NCBI RefSeq assembly: GCF_001194135.2
Contig: NC_068990.1
Coordinates: 33,534,063-33,598,062, forward strand
Length of the DNA stretch: 64,000 nucleotides
Origin: Octopus bimaculoides
Lineage: Eukaryota
Reading direction: 5' to 3'
Part shown: positions 12,751 to 26,625 of the stretch, piece by piece
Position numbering within the stretch: the stretch's first letter is position 1
How the letters are laid out: each line of letters begins with the position of its first letter
Program-made: the position numbers and the translations under genes
Notes under the pieces: model-generated
What the model saw: the letters and a program-made list of their open reading frames with translations, nothing else
What the model was told of the DNA's origin: nothing
Databases searched by the model: none

Positions 12751-13389
12751 TGCCAAGAGAGGAATTTGCTGGCACACACACACGCACACACACACACACA
12801 CACACACATGCACACACACACATATGCACACACACATGCACACACATACATGCATACACATACACACACAAGGACAATTTAAGTATGTGTCACAACAGTT
12901 TTGATTCTACTGAGCAATGTATAAGTATGTATATATGTATATATGTATGTATGTAAGGAACTTGTGTGTGTAAGTGTGTATATGTTTCTTCATATACATT
13001 GGGCTTTCCTGCCAATTTTGACGTATAAAGTACCCAGTTATTTGAGCAATTGCACAAATTCTAATTTGTACAAATTCATTGAATTAGCATGGGAAGTGGC
13101 TGAGAATTCCAGACACATAGACTCTATCTAAATGAATTCTCAAATAAATTCAGCAAGACACAACATAACAAGGCTGAAATTTTCAGTTACAATTACAATG
13201 TATCCAACAGGCCTCTATATAATTTTTGCCAACGCAATTTCACTCATGATGTCTGAGTTAAGCCAAAGCTACAGGAAAGGCATTTGTCCATGGTGCCACA
13301 CTGCGATAAAACCCAGTACCTTATGGCAACAAAGCAAAATTCTTGACCACTCAGCCATGTCTATGTCCATATATCTTTTATCTTATATC

Positions 13390-13947
13390 TCATACTTGTT
13401 TCAATCATAAGAGGGTGGCCATCTTGGGGTACTGCCTTGAAGCATTTTAGCCAAGTGAATTGACCCCAGTACTTACTTATATAGCCTGGTACTTATTCTA
13501 TTGGTCTCTGTTGCCGAACCAATAGTTTACAGGGACATAAACACACCAACATCCCCCATTATCAAATGGTGGTGAAAGACAAATGCAGACCTAAATATCT
13601 ACACACACACACTGTAATGTGGTTGGCATTAAGATGGGCACGCAGCTGCAAAGACCATGCCAAAAGCGACAAAAGAGCCTGATGCAGTTCTCAGGCTTGC
13701 CAACTCCTGTCAAACTGTCCAGTCCATGCCAGTATGGAAAATGGACGTTAAATTATGATCATGATGATAATGATGATGATGATATATGACAGGTTTCTTT
13801 CAGTTTCTATCCACCAATTCCACTCACAAGGCCTTGGTCATCTCAAGGTTAAAGTAGAAGACACTTGCCCAAGGTGCCATGCAGTGTGACTGAACCTAGA
13901 ACCATGTGATTGTGAAGCAAACTTAATACCACACAGCCATGCCTGCA

Positions 13948-13950
<3 letters not shown>
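13390..13950 (-). mobile_element. Family A SINE interrupted by an oppositely oriented family E element (13610-13785)
   Basis: Tail half at 13390-13610 and head half at 13785-13950, both on the minus strand. Between them is a plus-strand gtggttggcattaagatggg...atggaaaatggacgttaaattatgatcatgatgat. Confidence 0.75.
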
Positions 13951-13998
<48 letters not shown>

Positions 13999-16900
13999 CC
14001 CATGTGTGTATATATATATATAGTCCATGTTATTATATATATATATATATATATATGCGTGCTTTAGTGCTGTGGCATTTCTTGATAACAAGAAATAGTA
14101 GAAGTAGGCAACAGTCATGTTTACCAGTCTTCAATAAGCTGTTATCTCATCTATACACACTGCAACACTAGCTTCACTTATACAATAAATGGTATTAAAT
14201 ATAATCAAAGCTGGTTCGCCAGCACCGAAACATAAAAGTCAGTGAAGAAGACATAATTTTAATTACTTGGCCAAGAAAATGACATGATACAATGAAGGTT
14301 ATGACTATTTCATCATTACTGTTCTCTTTGTTCAGGGACAATCTCCAGCTTTAATTCTTCCGATCTACTTGTCCAAGAACCAATAGATTATCCATAAATT
14401 TCTTGAAATAACCAGTTACTCTTCCACCACTGTACAGCTTCCTACGTATTTATTGTTAACACCAATGCTTCATGCTTAACACAAGCAGTAAGAAAACCCT
14501 GTAAAAAGGTCCGGGTTTTCAAGTTCAAATTGTTCAGCATTTCTGTATATTTTCTTTATGCTTTATTTCACTCTTCAAAAAAAAAAGGAAAATTTTTCTC
14601 CACAGAAGACAAAAGAAGAATATGCTTCAAAGCAATTCTCTCCCCCTGAGCATTAACTCTCTTTTGTTCTCTGTCTCAGCTTCCATTAAGACCACTATGT
14701 CATATATAAATACGTTTTACAGAAAATATGTCTCACGTCCTTGAACTCATAGGGCTGGCTTCTCAGTTTCCAGGGTGCATAAGTAAGCAAGGTCACAACT
14801 TTCCCCACTGAATGGGATATCAATTAGTCACAAGACATCTCCTTGCTCCAATCGGATGGTCACATCGATGACTACTACCTTCTCCGGACAGCTAAAGACT
14901 AAGTCGGGAATCAGCCTGGAGCCTCCTACAATGGAAGAAGGCTCCACACTGACACTCCAGCCATAGTACTAGGGATGCTTATGGGGAAATAATTCATGAT
15001 GAAATAATTGCTTTGATCACTTAAAACTCAAGAAAGATATTTCATAAACGTTTAATGATGACAAGACTTGCTGTGTGCAATTAGGGCAGTGAAGGGAACA
15101 TCAAGAGTTGCAGCAATGAGTTTTCCTTTCATTTGCTTATGTATTTCACACAGAAGCACACAATTTCATATCATCATAGTTGACTATATACTTAAATCTT
15201 TTATTTAAGTACTGTGTTAACCCCTCTGTCATTCTACCCCAACACACACACACACACACACTCTCTCTCATCACTCCACCTTGTCAGTCATATTTAACTT
15301 AATTTAATTAGTCTATTCAACTGATCTACAAAGTCAGTAGTTCAGAGATGTTTATACATGCTGGAGACATTCAGCTGAAATTAAATCAGTGCTGCAAACC
15401 AAGGTGGAACGCAACTCTCCAGGGAGTGATTCATTACCAAAATAAATATTTCCCAATAAGGTAAACAGATAATAACTTTTAAAAAATGGCGAGGGAGAAG
15501 GAATAAATAAAAAAAAAAAAATATAAGTGAAAATAAAAGAAGATAAAAGTTTAATGATCAATGAAACCATCAGAAAGCAAAGTCTAATGGCAAATACATT
15601 CTGTTTAACTTCAATAGACTCAGTCGAGAGAGACAAATAATAATACATTGTGCTGTGTCAGTGGAAATTATAATAGACTTCATTAAACAGAAAACAACAC
15701 ATATATAGGCAAATAAAGACATGTGTGTAAAGGTGTACACATGTGTGTACATATTGGTGTTCATAGATACCCACACATACATATAGGCTTTCCCATATAC
15801 TCACACACACACATACACACAGATATGTGCATGTAGGTGATCATGCACACAATGTGCACATGTAGACACAGACATATTTTCTTAAATTCCTATATGTACA
15901 CACACACATGCACACACACATATATATATATATGAAACACAAGTATACTTATAATATCAAGTTATATGTATACACACACACACACACTAACACACACACA
16001 CGCACGCACACACACTCATACACACACACACACACACAGAATTCCATTGATCAATTAACAATTCATTGTGAAAATTAACAGCAGATAGTATTTGAGAACA
16101 ATAAAAATTGACAGAAATCATGAAACACTTCTCACCCAACATTTTATTAGACAAGTTTGCAACAGATATATCGTATTCCAATAAAATGACAAAAAGAAAA
16201 AAAAGAAAGAAAAAAGAAAAGGATGAGAAAACAGATTGTCATTTGGAAGAATCTAGTTGGTCAGTGCTTTAACACTCAGAAAAATATCCTTTGTGCGTGA
16301 TTTTATTGCACAGATCAGTGACAAGCTCATTTCAAGAACTTGAATCTTCTGTGGACAGTCATGTCACACAAATAAAGAAGAGACATTAAAGATGGGCCTT
16401 ACCAAGTCTGGAAAGTTTGATAGAGACATGAATGATGCCAGTGAATTTCGAACTTGTTCTGTATCTCAGATTTAAAATATATTCATTTCAATACTGTTGT
16501 TTTGTGAAATCTCAGATTATTTGGGATTTTTTTCAAATGTAACTAGTTTATAGCAGAAGGCCAAAAATGGAAGTATCACAATAATATTTGTGAGCAGATA
16601 AAGAGGTGCCATATCACTGATTTGTAGAATTCCTGTATCCGTAATGGAAGTTTCCTTCATCAACTTGTCAGTACCAAATGTAGTCTAGTTTTTTTTTTCT
16701 ATTTAAAAAAATCAATCCAGACATAGCCCATAGCAAACTACACAAAACTAAAACAAAGTAAAAAAGGAAAGTATTGAAACAAGAACAACAAATTTGTGAC
16801 ACTTTAATGGATGCAATATAGAGCAAAAACTCAAATTCAATCCTTTCCTTTGTTGATAATCCCAGAGAAATTTTAAGCAAACACATTGAACATGTGGCAA

Positions 16901-19185
16901 TATGTTTGGATCAACAAGTTCTCACTGTTGCATGCTGGGTTATCTGTTCTATGAAAATGGTTTTGCAGCTCATTCTACATTTCATGTTTCAATTTCAATT
17001 AACAAAGAGTATTGGCAGTATTGATTTCTGTTGCTGGAAGGTAAAAAGAATTACTACTGTTGTCACATTTTTAAGGCATGTTTGTTTTCTTGCTTTTTTC
17101 CAAAACCAGAAAACAGGAAAAGAAAAAAGTGGGGACCATAAGTATGCGCATGATACCAAGTCTGTCAGATTCCTTAAAAAACTTGCACAAAAATGTAATT
17201 GTTTAAAAAAGATCACAAAACGTTTGATCAACAGCTTCATACACATTACATTACATGATCTTTTGTAAAATGCTTTACCCTCCGGTGACAAGATCTTAAA
17301 AACAAATCTGGTAGAGTTGCTATTGTGAACATAAGTATATGACTAATTTTCTTCTTTTCCTTTTTTAAATTTTGGAATTGAGTAATGGATTAAAATATAC
17401 CATAAATATGCAACTGGCTTGATTTTCTACTTTGTATCGATGAAGGGAGGGAACAATTCAGATAATCTTTTTTACATCAACCCCTGATTGATGAAGACAT
17501 TGTTACAGAATGTGACCACTCTGGAAAACACGTCACTGTGGCAAAAATTTCAGTGAAATCTTTAGACACAATTCTGCCATTCACCCTTCATGATTAACAC
17601 TTCTGATTGGAGTAGCTTTGCAATGATTGTAAATGAATTTCAGTGACAATCATTGAGTAAAATGGGACAGTTTTTCCCAACTGAGGTATTTGAGTATGAT
17701 GCCCTGTTAAAAAAATGAAAGGGTGCTGCAAGTATAGTAACAATGTTGAAAAATTAACCAGCATTGTTGCATGAAAGTTTTCCAGTATTAACATCTTACT
17801 CTTTACTTTTATATCATCCAGATCTTAATTCAGGTACATTGACATTATATATGTATGCATGTGTGTGTGTGTGTCTTTTAGAATTTATATTTTAATGATC
17901 ATCATCATCAGTTTCACCAATTTAATCATCATTCATCACCATTGACAATGATGAGAGCTACTACTGAGCAAAGTGAGAGCAAGCATACACTTTCAAACAT
18001 ATAAGCATGTGTGTGTATGGTGAGGGATGTATTTATGATACTTCATTAAAAATAAATTGTTCACTTTTAGTTAATGTCCTGCTGATGAGGTAGTAATGTA
18101 TGTCTTCCATTAGACAAATGATGCCAAAAATCAGGACATTTTGCAAAGTTTTCCAACTACAGATGCTTCCAAATATAGAGAGAAGCTTCAATATATGTCA
18201 CTCAAAGACTGATTACTTGCAAAATAATGATTGAATGGCAAGTCACTTTCTTCAATCAGGAAACGAAGACAGAAAAAAACATTTCTACTTAACCGAAAAT
18301 ATATCTTCATTTCTGGAAAAGATACAATATATAATTTTGTGATTGATCTGTTAATGTTTGCAGAGATGTCACACCACCAAGGAATTAAGTTTTCCTTCAT
18401 TCACTTCCTTAGAATTCTTATCCATTTAACACTGCTTATTTCACTGCTTTCTTAATATCTAAGAGACTAATACAAGAAATGCTAAATAGACATATATATC
18501 ATAATCTCTCATAAGACTCTCCATAAATAAATTTTTAAAAATCTCCCCTAAAAAGGTACATTATCAGTCCAGTTTTACATTATTTAATGCTTACATTTAT
18601 TGTTCTGTATTTGAAGAAGGGTTATAATTTAATTTCTACAGAAATTATATTTGCAGTTCTACATTTTTCGTACAATCATCCACCCTATATGAAGTAAGGA
18701 ATAGAATCAGGTCTTGGTGATTTTGAAGGAAAATTATATCTAAAATTATGTAAATTAATTATATCCAATTAATAAAAAAAAATTAAGAGATTTAACATCA
18801 GAAACCTTCTCTGTGTGAGTATGTGTGAGTGTACACACACACACACACACAACACCAGTACCATCATCATCACCATCATCATTATTATTATTATCATCAT
18901 CCACTGTGAATTTTTCTGAAATTGTTTTTATACCTGCAGCACTCAGTAGACACTGCTTTTGAGTGCAATGAAATAATTTTAAGTTTGAAACAATGACAAT
19001 GTGGTTAGTAGTTGAGTAGTTATTAACCTTACAGTTATTATGCCATACCTGTAATCACGCCAGGGAAACCATGTAATTCAGTGATGTGAAATAGGGCAAA
19101 ACCTGTTCATTTATCCACCATATAATCATCAGTTCTCAAAAATGACACCCTACACTGTAATAATCAATCAATTAATATCTATGTC

Positions 19186-19391
19186 TGTAGTAAGTTGGTG
19201 AGCTGGCAGAATCACTAGCTTGCTTGGCAAAATGCATAGCGGCATTTTGTCCATCTTTATGTTCTGGGTTAAAATTCTGCTGAGGTTGACTTTCAGGTTT
19301 GTTAGAATAAGTACCAGTTGAGTAGTGGGGTTGATGTATTAGACATGCCCTCTCTCCCAAAATTGCTGGCCTTGTGCCAAAATTTGAAATC
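19186..19391 (+). mobile_element. Family B SINE with probable 12-bp TSD
   Basis: ggtgagctggcagaatc...gctgaggttgactttc...ggccttgtgccaaaatttgaaa. aatatctatgtc occurs at 19174-19185 and again at 19392-19403. Confidence 0.75.
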
Positions 19392-20099
19392 AATATCTAT
19401 GTCCTTCTTAGGGAAAGAAACTATTTTTTACATACCCAGGTCTATTCCCCATTTTTTTAGGAAGGAGTAGCCACAACAATACACACATTGGGTATTCCAT
19501 TCATTTCCTAGCTCACAGAGGTGAGCTCCATTCTATTCTCAGGTCAAAGCATAGAATGCAACCCCCAATATCAGAAAGAAATAAAACCAAAAATTAAACA
19601 TCATCAGCATGTAGACTACATAATATAGAAAACAAGTTTAATGCTGACTACTACAGACATCAGAAAGTTGATAAGAAAGTGATATAAAAGCAATAATTTT
19701 GACATAATACTTGTTTGGTATCCTCTCATAATATATAAAATATCTTATTACATTATCACATAAAATACATTTATTTTATATTTGGGGATAATAACTGAGA
19801 CTAAATATAATAAATGCAGTTCCACTGAACTATGCAATACTTCTACTCAAGCCCCACCCCATTAACCTATATGTCATCCAATCATCCTTGATGTGTTATT
19901 ACTTATAAACATCTTGCTCAAGACTTAACCTAATCCTTTCTTCTCAGAACTTGTCTGCCTCGCCCACGACTCTTCTTTCAGGTAGTGACCAACAAAAGTT
20001 CAAGCTGAGTAGCAAACAAACTGAACAAAGTCAAGGGTGTAATCCTTCTTTCATTCCATTTATCACTAGATATTGGGTTAAAGATATTCCCATTAACAT

Positions 20100-20420
20100 A
20101 TAACATATAACACTGAAGACTAAAAATTACCTTATCCCCGAGGGATAGAATCAGTGTATCAGTACCTATGAGATGCTGATGAGGTTTCATCCTTGACCTG
20201 TGTTGGCCCTGCTAGAAATGTCAGATGATGCATATATCAACTTCTCCATGATGAGTATGTGAATATCTTTTTTAATGTAGGCACCATGATTTCTGGCTGT
20301 ATTCTCAGTAAATGTTCTGAGATGAAGTATTTCCAGGTTGTCAAGTGAGCTCTAAGGTTTTGGTATGCTCTTTTAAGTTATGTCCTAGATGTTTTGAATA
20401 GCCCCCTTTTCTCACATGCA
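20100..20420 (-). mobile_element. Possible CR1-like LINE C-terminal remnant
   Basis: The minus frame LDNLEILHLR...SRANTGQG*NL loosely resembles the CR1 L..L.L..L...TRGH..KL tail. Confidence 0.2.
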
Positions 20421-20637
20421 ACTGGCAAGTGATTAATGTATAACTGGAAGGGGTTTATAAGAGACAAACTAACAATGACAGATTACTGATGCAAATAAGA
20501 GAATATCCGAACGTTTATAAGAGACAATGGAAAGAAAACCAGTTTTGGTTCTCTGAAAGAGTAACTAAAACAATGTAGAAGAGATATATAGACATTAGCT
20601 TAAAGAGAAATAACAAGTAAAGATCTTTATAGATAGG

Positions 20638-21050
20638 GATAGGTGTGACTGTGTGGTTAAGAAGCTTGCTTTCCAACCATATGGTCTTGGGTTCAATCCC
20701 ATTGTATGGCACCTTGGGTAAGTGTTTTCTACTATAGCCACAGGCTTATCAATGCCTTGTGAATTCATTTGAAATGCAGAAACTGAAAGAAGTCTGTTGT
20801 ACATATTCATATATCTGTGTGTGTGTGTGTGTGTGTGTGTGTGCACGTCTGTTATGTTTATTGTTATGTTTGTCCCTCATCACCACTTGACCATAGGTGT
20901 TGGTTTGTTTACATCAACATAACTTATGAGATTGACATGATAAGTGCCAGGTTTAAAAAATAATTTCTGGGGTTGATTTGTTCAAATAAACCCTTCACTA
21001 CAGTGCACCAGCATGTCCACTGTCACATAACTGAAACAAGGAAAAGATAA
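20638..21050 (+). mobile_element. Family A SINE (older copy)
   Basis: gtgactgtgtggttaagaagcttgc...gggttcaatccc...(TG)n...ctggggttgatttgttc...actgaaacaagg. Confidence 0.8.
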
Positions 21051-21082
21051 AACATAGAGTGGTTTCTGTAAGGGAGAAGTGT

Positions 21083-21396
21083 CTAGGCACAGGAATGGTT
21101 GTGTGGTAAGAAGCTCGCTTCCCAACCACATGATTCCAAGTTCAGTTCCACTGCATGGCACCTTGGGCAAGTGTCTTCTTCTATAGCCTCAGGCCTTGTG
21201 AGTGATTTGATAGACAGAAACTGAAAGAAGTCCGTCGTATGTATGCCAAGTCCATATGCCAAGGAATGGAATCCAGCTATAAAAATCCTGCCAAAACAGT
21301 CACAGAAGTCTGGTGCAGGCTTCTACCTGGCTGGCTCTTGTGAAACCATCCCACCCATGCTAGCATGGAAGGCAGACATTAAACAACGATGATGAT

Positions 21397-21455
<59 letters not shown>

Positions 21456-21625
21456 CTTTGTGTCTGTGTTTATCCCCCTCCCACCATCGCTTGACAACTG
21501 ATGTTAGAATAAATAAGTACCAGGCTTACAAAGAATAAGGCCAGGAGTTGATTTCTTGAACTAAAAGGCAGTGCTCCAGCATGGCCACAGTCACATGACT
21601 GAAAGAAGTAAGAGAATAAAAGAAT
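21083..21625 (+). mobile_element. Family A SINE with a family E fragment (21245-21400) in its spacer
   Basis: Head ggcacaggaatggttgtgtggtaagaagc, then the insert ...ccatgctagcatggaaggcagacattaaacaacgatgatgat, then (TG)n, then a tail ending gactgaaagaagtaagagaataaaag. Confidence 0.8.
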
Positions 21626-22289
21626 GACATCAACAGGTTTCCTTCTCCTGGATAAATGAGTTTGGTGCAGCTAATGTTTAGTTTAGGTGAGAAGCTAAAA
21701 TGTTGGCATTATGACCCACCCTAAACACCAGAAGTATCAAGCTTGGAAAAGAAGAAGTATTCAATCCTCAGTTTTTATGTTATTTGGTAAAATATTCCAA
21801 AATAATAACATCGTTTTGATTATAGTATTTTATTGGAATTGAAACTATCCTGAAACTTTTCCTCACTTTGGTCAATTCTTGTTTCTTTTACTTTATTGTA
21901 CAATATTTTATTTATATAGAATTAAATAAATATTTTGTGCAACAGAATGTCTTCAGAAAATTAACGTATATGATAAAATATCTACACACACACACATGCA
22001 AGCACACATACATACATACATACATACATACATACATACATAGTTATGATTCTCTTAGTATGCAGGAAAATTTCCTTGAACCAAATAAAATGGAAGAAAG
22101 TTGTCTAAATGTGAAATGATGTGATGTATAATTTATAGAAATATATATTTTTAAAAATAAACAAACAAATTAACAGATAAATAAGGAAATAAACAATAGT
22201 TTAGACAACAACATGTTGCCAATAACAATCTGTGTGTGGCAGACAGGAAAACAGGTGGAAGTTTTATAGGAATATCTTTAATCTAATGA

Positions 22290-22335
22290 AACAACAGAGA
22301 GGCAGAATTGATAGAGAAATAGAGAGAGTGAAAGC

Positions 22336-22372
<37 letters not shown>

Positions 22373-22665
22373 AGAGAGTNNNNNNNNNNTATATATATAT
22401 ATGGAGAGAGTGTGTGGAGAGAGGTGGGGCAGGGTTAATATAAATATAGAAAGGCAGGGGACAGAATTGATACAGATATACTGGAGTGGCAGAGTTAATA
22501 TACTCATGAAAGTGAGGGGGAGCAGAGTTTATAGAGACATAGAAAGAGGAAGAGGAGGAGGCAGAGATAATATCAACGTATAGAGAGGAGAAGAGTTAAT
22601 ATAGATAGATACATTGATAGAAAGAGTGTGGGGACATAGAGGCAATATAGACATAGACACCGTGA
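22290..22665. repeat. Degenerate purine-rich minisatellite
   Basis: Recurring ggcagagttaatata..acatagaaag units of about 30-35 bp. Confidence 0.55.
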
Positions 22666-23214
22666 ACAAGTACCATGAACTCTGTGTGTGTGCAGTATGG
22701 ATAAATAGATAACAACAGTTCCAAATGATTGGTTTTAGTTCCACTAAAACAAATCTAGATAAGATAAATCAATAACTTCATTCAGACAGATATATATTAG
22801 TGAGGTATATCTATTATAGTATTTGATTTCAACCCCTATATAACTGAGTTCAAATCTCACAAGGGCTACCTCTTTTTATTTTTGCATTATTTAACTCCAG
22901 TAGTCAAGACTATTGATAAGGTTGCAAGACGCAACGAAAATTTTAGGAAAATAAAAATAAGAAATAAGTGGAAATTTTAACGGTGAGTGTGTTAAACTTC
23001 AAGGCACAATAAGAAAATGACTCTCCCCAGACACAACAGAATATAACTTCAGTAGAGTTGATTCAATAATTACCAGTAATATACTAGGGTTAATTCAATC
23101 AGTTGCAGCTTTTAAATCTAACATAATTGTTACTAATAATTATACTGGTGTGAAACATGGTATATTTTAACTGAGGATTCTGTGCATGAATCACTATGAG
23201 TTAGTCCACAACCA

Positions 23215-23558
23215 CTAAGTAAAGTAAAGACCCTCTTTGGTCAGGATTGACCATGGGATTGCACCTAGAAAGTTACTATCCAAGGTAGAAGTCCAGGCAA
23301 GGTTGTTTATGGGAGACCAGAGTCGCCCATATATAATAGCCTCCTGTCTCTATGTCACTGATGTTATCCAAGAGAAAGGCAAAGGCTGATAAAGCTTGGC
23401 ACCAGTGACGTTACAGCTCATTTCTACAGCTGAGTGAACTGGAACAACGTGGAATAAAGTGTCTTGCTCAAAAACACAACACACAGACCAGTCTGAGAAT
23501 TGAACTCACTACCTCATGATTGTGAGAGCAATGTTTTAACTACTGAGCCATGTGAGCC
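23215..23558 (-). mobile_element. Family C SINE
   Basis: cagctgagtgaactggaacaacgtggaataaagtgtcttgctcaa...gaattgaactcactacctcatgattgtgag...aactactgagccatg (inverted tRNA head). Confidence 0.75.
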
Positions 23559-23565
23559 ACTACCA

Positions 23566-23598
<33 letters not shown>

Positions 23599-23602
<4 letters not shown>

Positions 23603-24165
23603 CGGGTGACACATGAGGTTTTTCAAGCGAGATCTTTGCCGGTGCCCCTGAACTGGCTCATGTGCGGGCGACACATGAAATTTTTCGAGCGAGATCGTTG
23701 CCGGTACCCCTGGACTGGCTCTTGTGTGGGTGACACATGAGATGCACCATTTGAGCGTGACCGTTGCCAGTGCCGCCTGGCTGGACTTTGTGGGGTTTTC
23801 GAGCGAGATCGTTGCCAGTGCCCCTGGACTGGCTTTTGTGCGGGGTGGGACATGAAATGCACCATTTTGAGTGTGGCCATTGCCAGTACCACCTGACTGG
23901 CCTTCGTAAAAGCACCCACTACACTCTCTGAGTGGTTGGCATTAGGAAGGGCATCCAGCTGTAGAAACTCTGCCAAATCAGATTGGAGCCTGGTGTAGCC
24001 ATCTGGTTTCACCANNNNNNNNNNAGGAAGGGCATCCAGCTGTAGAAACTCTGCCAAATCAGATTGGAGCCTGGTGTAGCCATCTGGTTTCACCAGTCCT
24101 CAGTCAAATCGTCCAACCCATGCTAGCATGGAAAGCGGACGTTAAACGACAATGACGACGACGAC
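23599..24165 (+). mobile_element. Family E element with five tandem 48-66-bp 5' modules
   Basis: Units start at 23599, 23661, 23723, 23789 and 23837. They are followed by aaagcacccactacactctctgagtggttggc...ggaaagcggacgttaaacgacaatgacgac. Confidence 0.9.
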
Positions 24166-24364
24166 GATATATATATATATATATATTAGTATAAATTCAA
24201 TAAACAATATAAATAAGAAGACAAGATTTATCAAATGTATACAAATAAGGTATTGACTTAATGCTTTAATGGAAGGAGAAAGTGTTGTTTTGGATGTTAG
24301 TCTTTCATCAGAAGAAAGAGAGCTTAGAAGAAATGAGAAATAGAAATAGATATTAAAAAAGGGA

Positions 24365-24560
24365 TCATTGGAGTACATTTATGAAGTTGTTGCAAGTACA
24401 TCAGAAAGAGTCCTTCATGTGGAAGGTGTGGTGGTTGGGTCCAGCAAGGGAAGTTGTGCTGAAATGGAAAGGGCAGGAATTGCAAGAGGAATGGGAAGAG
24501 AGAAGGGACTTAGGGAAGAAGACAGGGTGTGGGGAAGGAGGAACTGTGGATGAGGAGGTA
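24365..24560 (-). mobile_element. Penelope-like element, start of the GIY-YIG endonuclease region (remnant)
   Basis: The minus frame SCNSCPFHFSTTSLAGPNHHTFHMKDSF*CTCNNFINVLQ* resembles the PLE C..CP.....I.GP...F.I...FTC.S.N.IY segment that precedes the GIY motif. Confidence 0.55.
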
Positions 24561-24830
24561 GTGTGTGTGTATGTGATACTTTGAAAGGAAATATAACTGT
24601 AGATTTTTAGCCAGAGCTGTGTGTTTAGAAAGATGTAAACAACCTGTCCTTATATATAAAATCCACAAAGATATCTAAAGATATATTTTGTAGTATTGAA
24701 ACAAAACACTCAACAGAACAGCAATTTGTATGCACAAATATATACACGCATGAACACACACACACATACATACATACATACACACACGTATACAGAAATA
24801 TAGTGTGCATGCATATGTAGAAGTGTGTGG

Positions 24831-24872
<42 letters not shown>

Positions 24873-24882
24873 NNNNNNNNNN

Positions 24883-24921
<39 letters not shown>

Positions 24922-25415
24922 CACATATATTTATACACACACACACACATATGCATACACAAAATAATACGTATGCATCTACTTGTACGTGTGGATGCAC
25001 ACATACACCCACATTAATATTTCAAGTAGAAATTTTAATATTATCACTTCAAATATTTAAACTATTTTCAAGAGCCATCTTAAAAAATTAAATTTCATTT
25101 ATTCCCCTTACTTTATTTGTGTCTAAAGTATCACTGACAGTTCCATTTCTACACTTCTTCCATTCTGGCTATTAATCATTGTCAAGTCTTGCAGTTAAAA
25201 TCACATTCATTTTTCCAACTCTTTAATTATTTGCATAACTCAAATGTTATATGCTCTGAGTGTAACCACAAGCCATTCTTCACGTCACACAATCCATCAT
25301 GTGATAGCTAGAATTCAATTGTAAGAAATAATCAAATAAAATACTAAATTTCCACCTCTCAACCTCAAATCTCTGGTATCTTAAGCCCACCCATCCTCTC
25401 TCCTTTTCTCTCACC

Positions 25416-25525
25416 CTTTCTCTGTCTCTCCCTCTTTCTCTGTCTCTCCCTCTTTCTCTGTCTCTCCCTCTTTCTCTGTCTCTCCCTCTTTCTCTGTCTC
25501 TCCCTCTTTCTCTGTCTCTCCCTCT
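25416..25525. repeat. 18-bp pyrimidine minisatellite, about 6 copies
   Basis: Tandem ctttctctgtctctccct. Confidence 0.9.
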
Positions 25526-25689
25526 TCTCCCCTCTCTCTCTCTCTCTCTCTCTTACTCACTTTTGCCATTATGAACCATTAAACCAATACCAAATACAAT
25601 TTTTTAATTACTAATTTTTTCAAGACAAATATAAGAAATGTTATTTGTTGGGCACTAAGACAAAGTTTATCTTAGAATTTGTTTTATTA

Positions 25690-25741
25690 CATTTTATTAT
25701 TATCATTATTATCATTATTATTATCATTATCATCATCATCA

Positions 25742-25790
<49 letters not shown>

Positions 25791-25805
25791 CATTATTATT
25801 ATATT
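25690..25805. repeat. (ATT/ATC)n microsatellite
   Basis: Read directly from the sequence; it is the source of the poly-Ile ORFs. Confidence 0.95.
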
Positions 25806-26399
25806 CCTACTATTATCATCAATAAAAGACATCATTTAAAATTAAGATAAAAGAAACCATCATCATCATCATGATTACCACCTCTACCACCACCACCACC
25901 ACCGCTGCCATCACCGCCGCCACCACTGCCGTACTAAGGCGGGAAGCTGGCAGAAATTAAAATGTTGGAAAATGTGCTTTGGTATCAGTTCAGTCTCTTC
26001 ATACTTTGAATTCAGATCCTCCTGAAGTTCACTTTGCTTTCATCCTTCTGNNNNNNNNNNNNNNNNNNNNNNNNNNNNNNNNNNNNNNNNNNNNNNNNNN
26101 NNNNNNNNNNNNNNNNNNNNNNNNNNNNNNNNNNNNNNNNNNNNNNNNNNNNNNNNNNNNNNNNNNNNNNNNNNNNNNNNNNNNNNNNNNNNNNNNNNNN
26201 NNNNNNNNNNNNNNNNNNNNNNNNNNNNNNNNNNNNNNNNNNNNNNNNNNNNNNNNNNNNNNNNNNNNNNNNNNNNNNNNNNNNNNNNNNNNNNNNNNNN
26301 NNNNNNNNNNNNNNNNNNNNNNNNNNNNNNNNNNNNNNNNNNNNNNNNNNNNNNNNNNNNNNNNNNNNNNNNNNNNNNNNNNNNNNNNNNNNNNNNNNN

Positions 26400-26565
26400 A
26401 TATATAACATACAGAAAATTGCACTACTGGGCACTGCACACATCCTACGCAAAATACTTTCAATACAGTAACCATAAGAGCACCACAGCAAACCACAGCA
26501 CATACACAAGGCGCACAGAGCTGCGCTCGGTAGTGAAGTGAAAGCACGTTATAAAAATAAAACTA

Positions 26566-26600
<35 letters not shown>
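26400..26600 (+). mobile_element. 3' end of an R4/Dong-like (RLE-clade) non-LTR retrotransposon
   Basis: IYNIQKIALLGTAHILRKILSIQ* is the characteristic C-terminus. A short 3' UTR and a (TAA)n tail follow. The 5' part lies in the N-gap. Confidence 0.75.

Positions 26601-26619
<19 letters not shown>

Positions 26620-26625
<6 letters not shown>

Noticed and set aside
24500-24545. G-run cluster as a functional G-quadruplex
   Set aside because: The loops are long, and the G-richness is explained by the antisense strand of a C-rich Penelope-like remnant.
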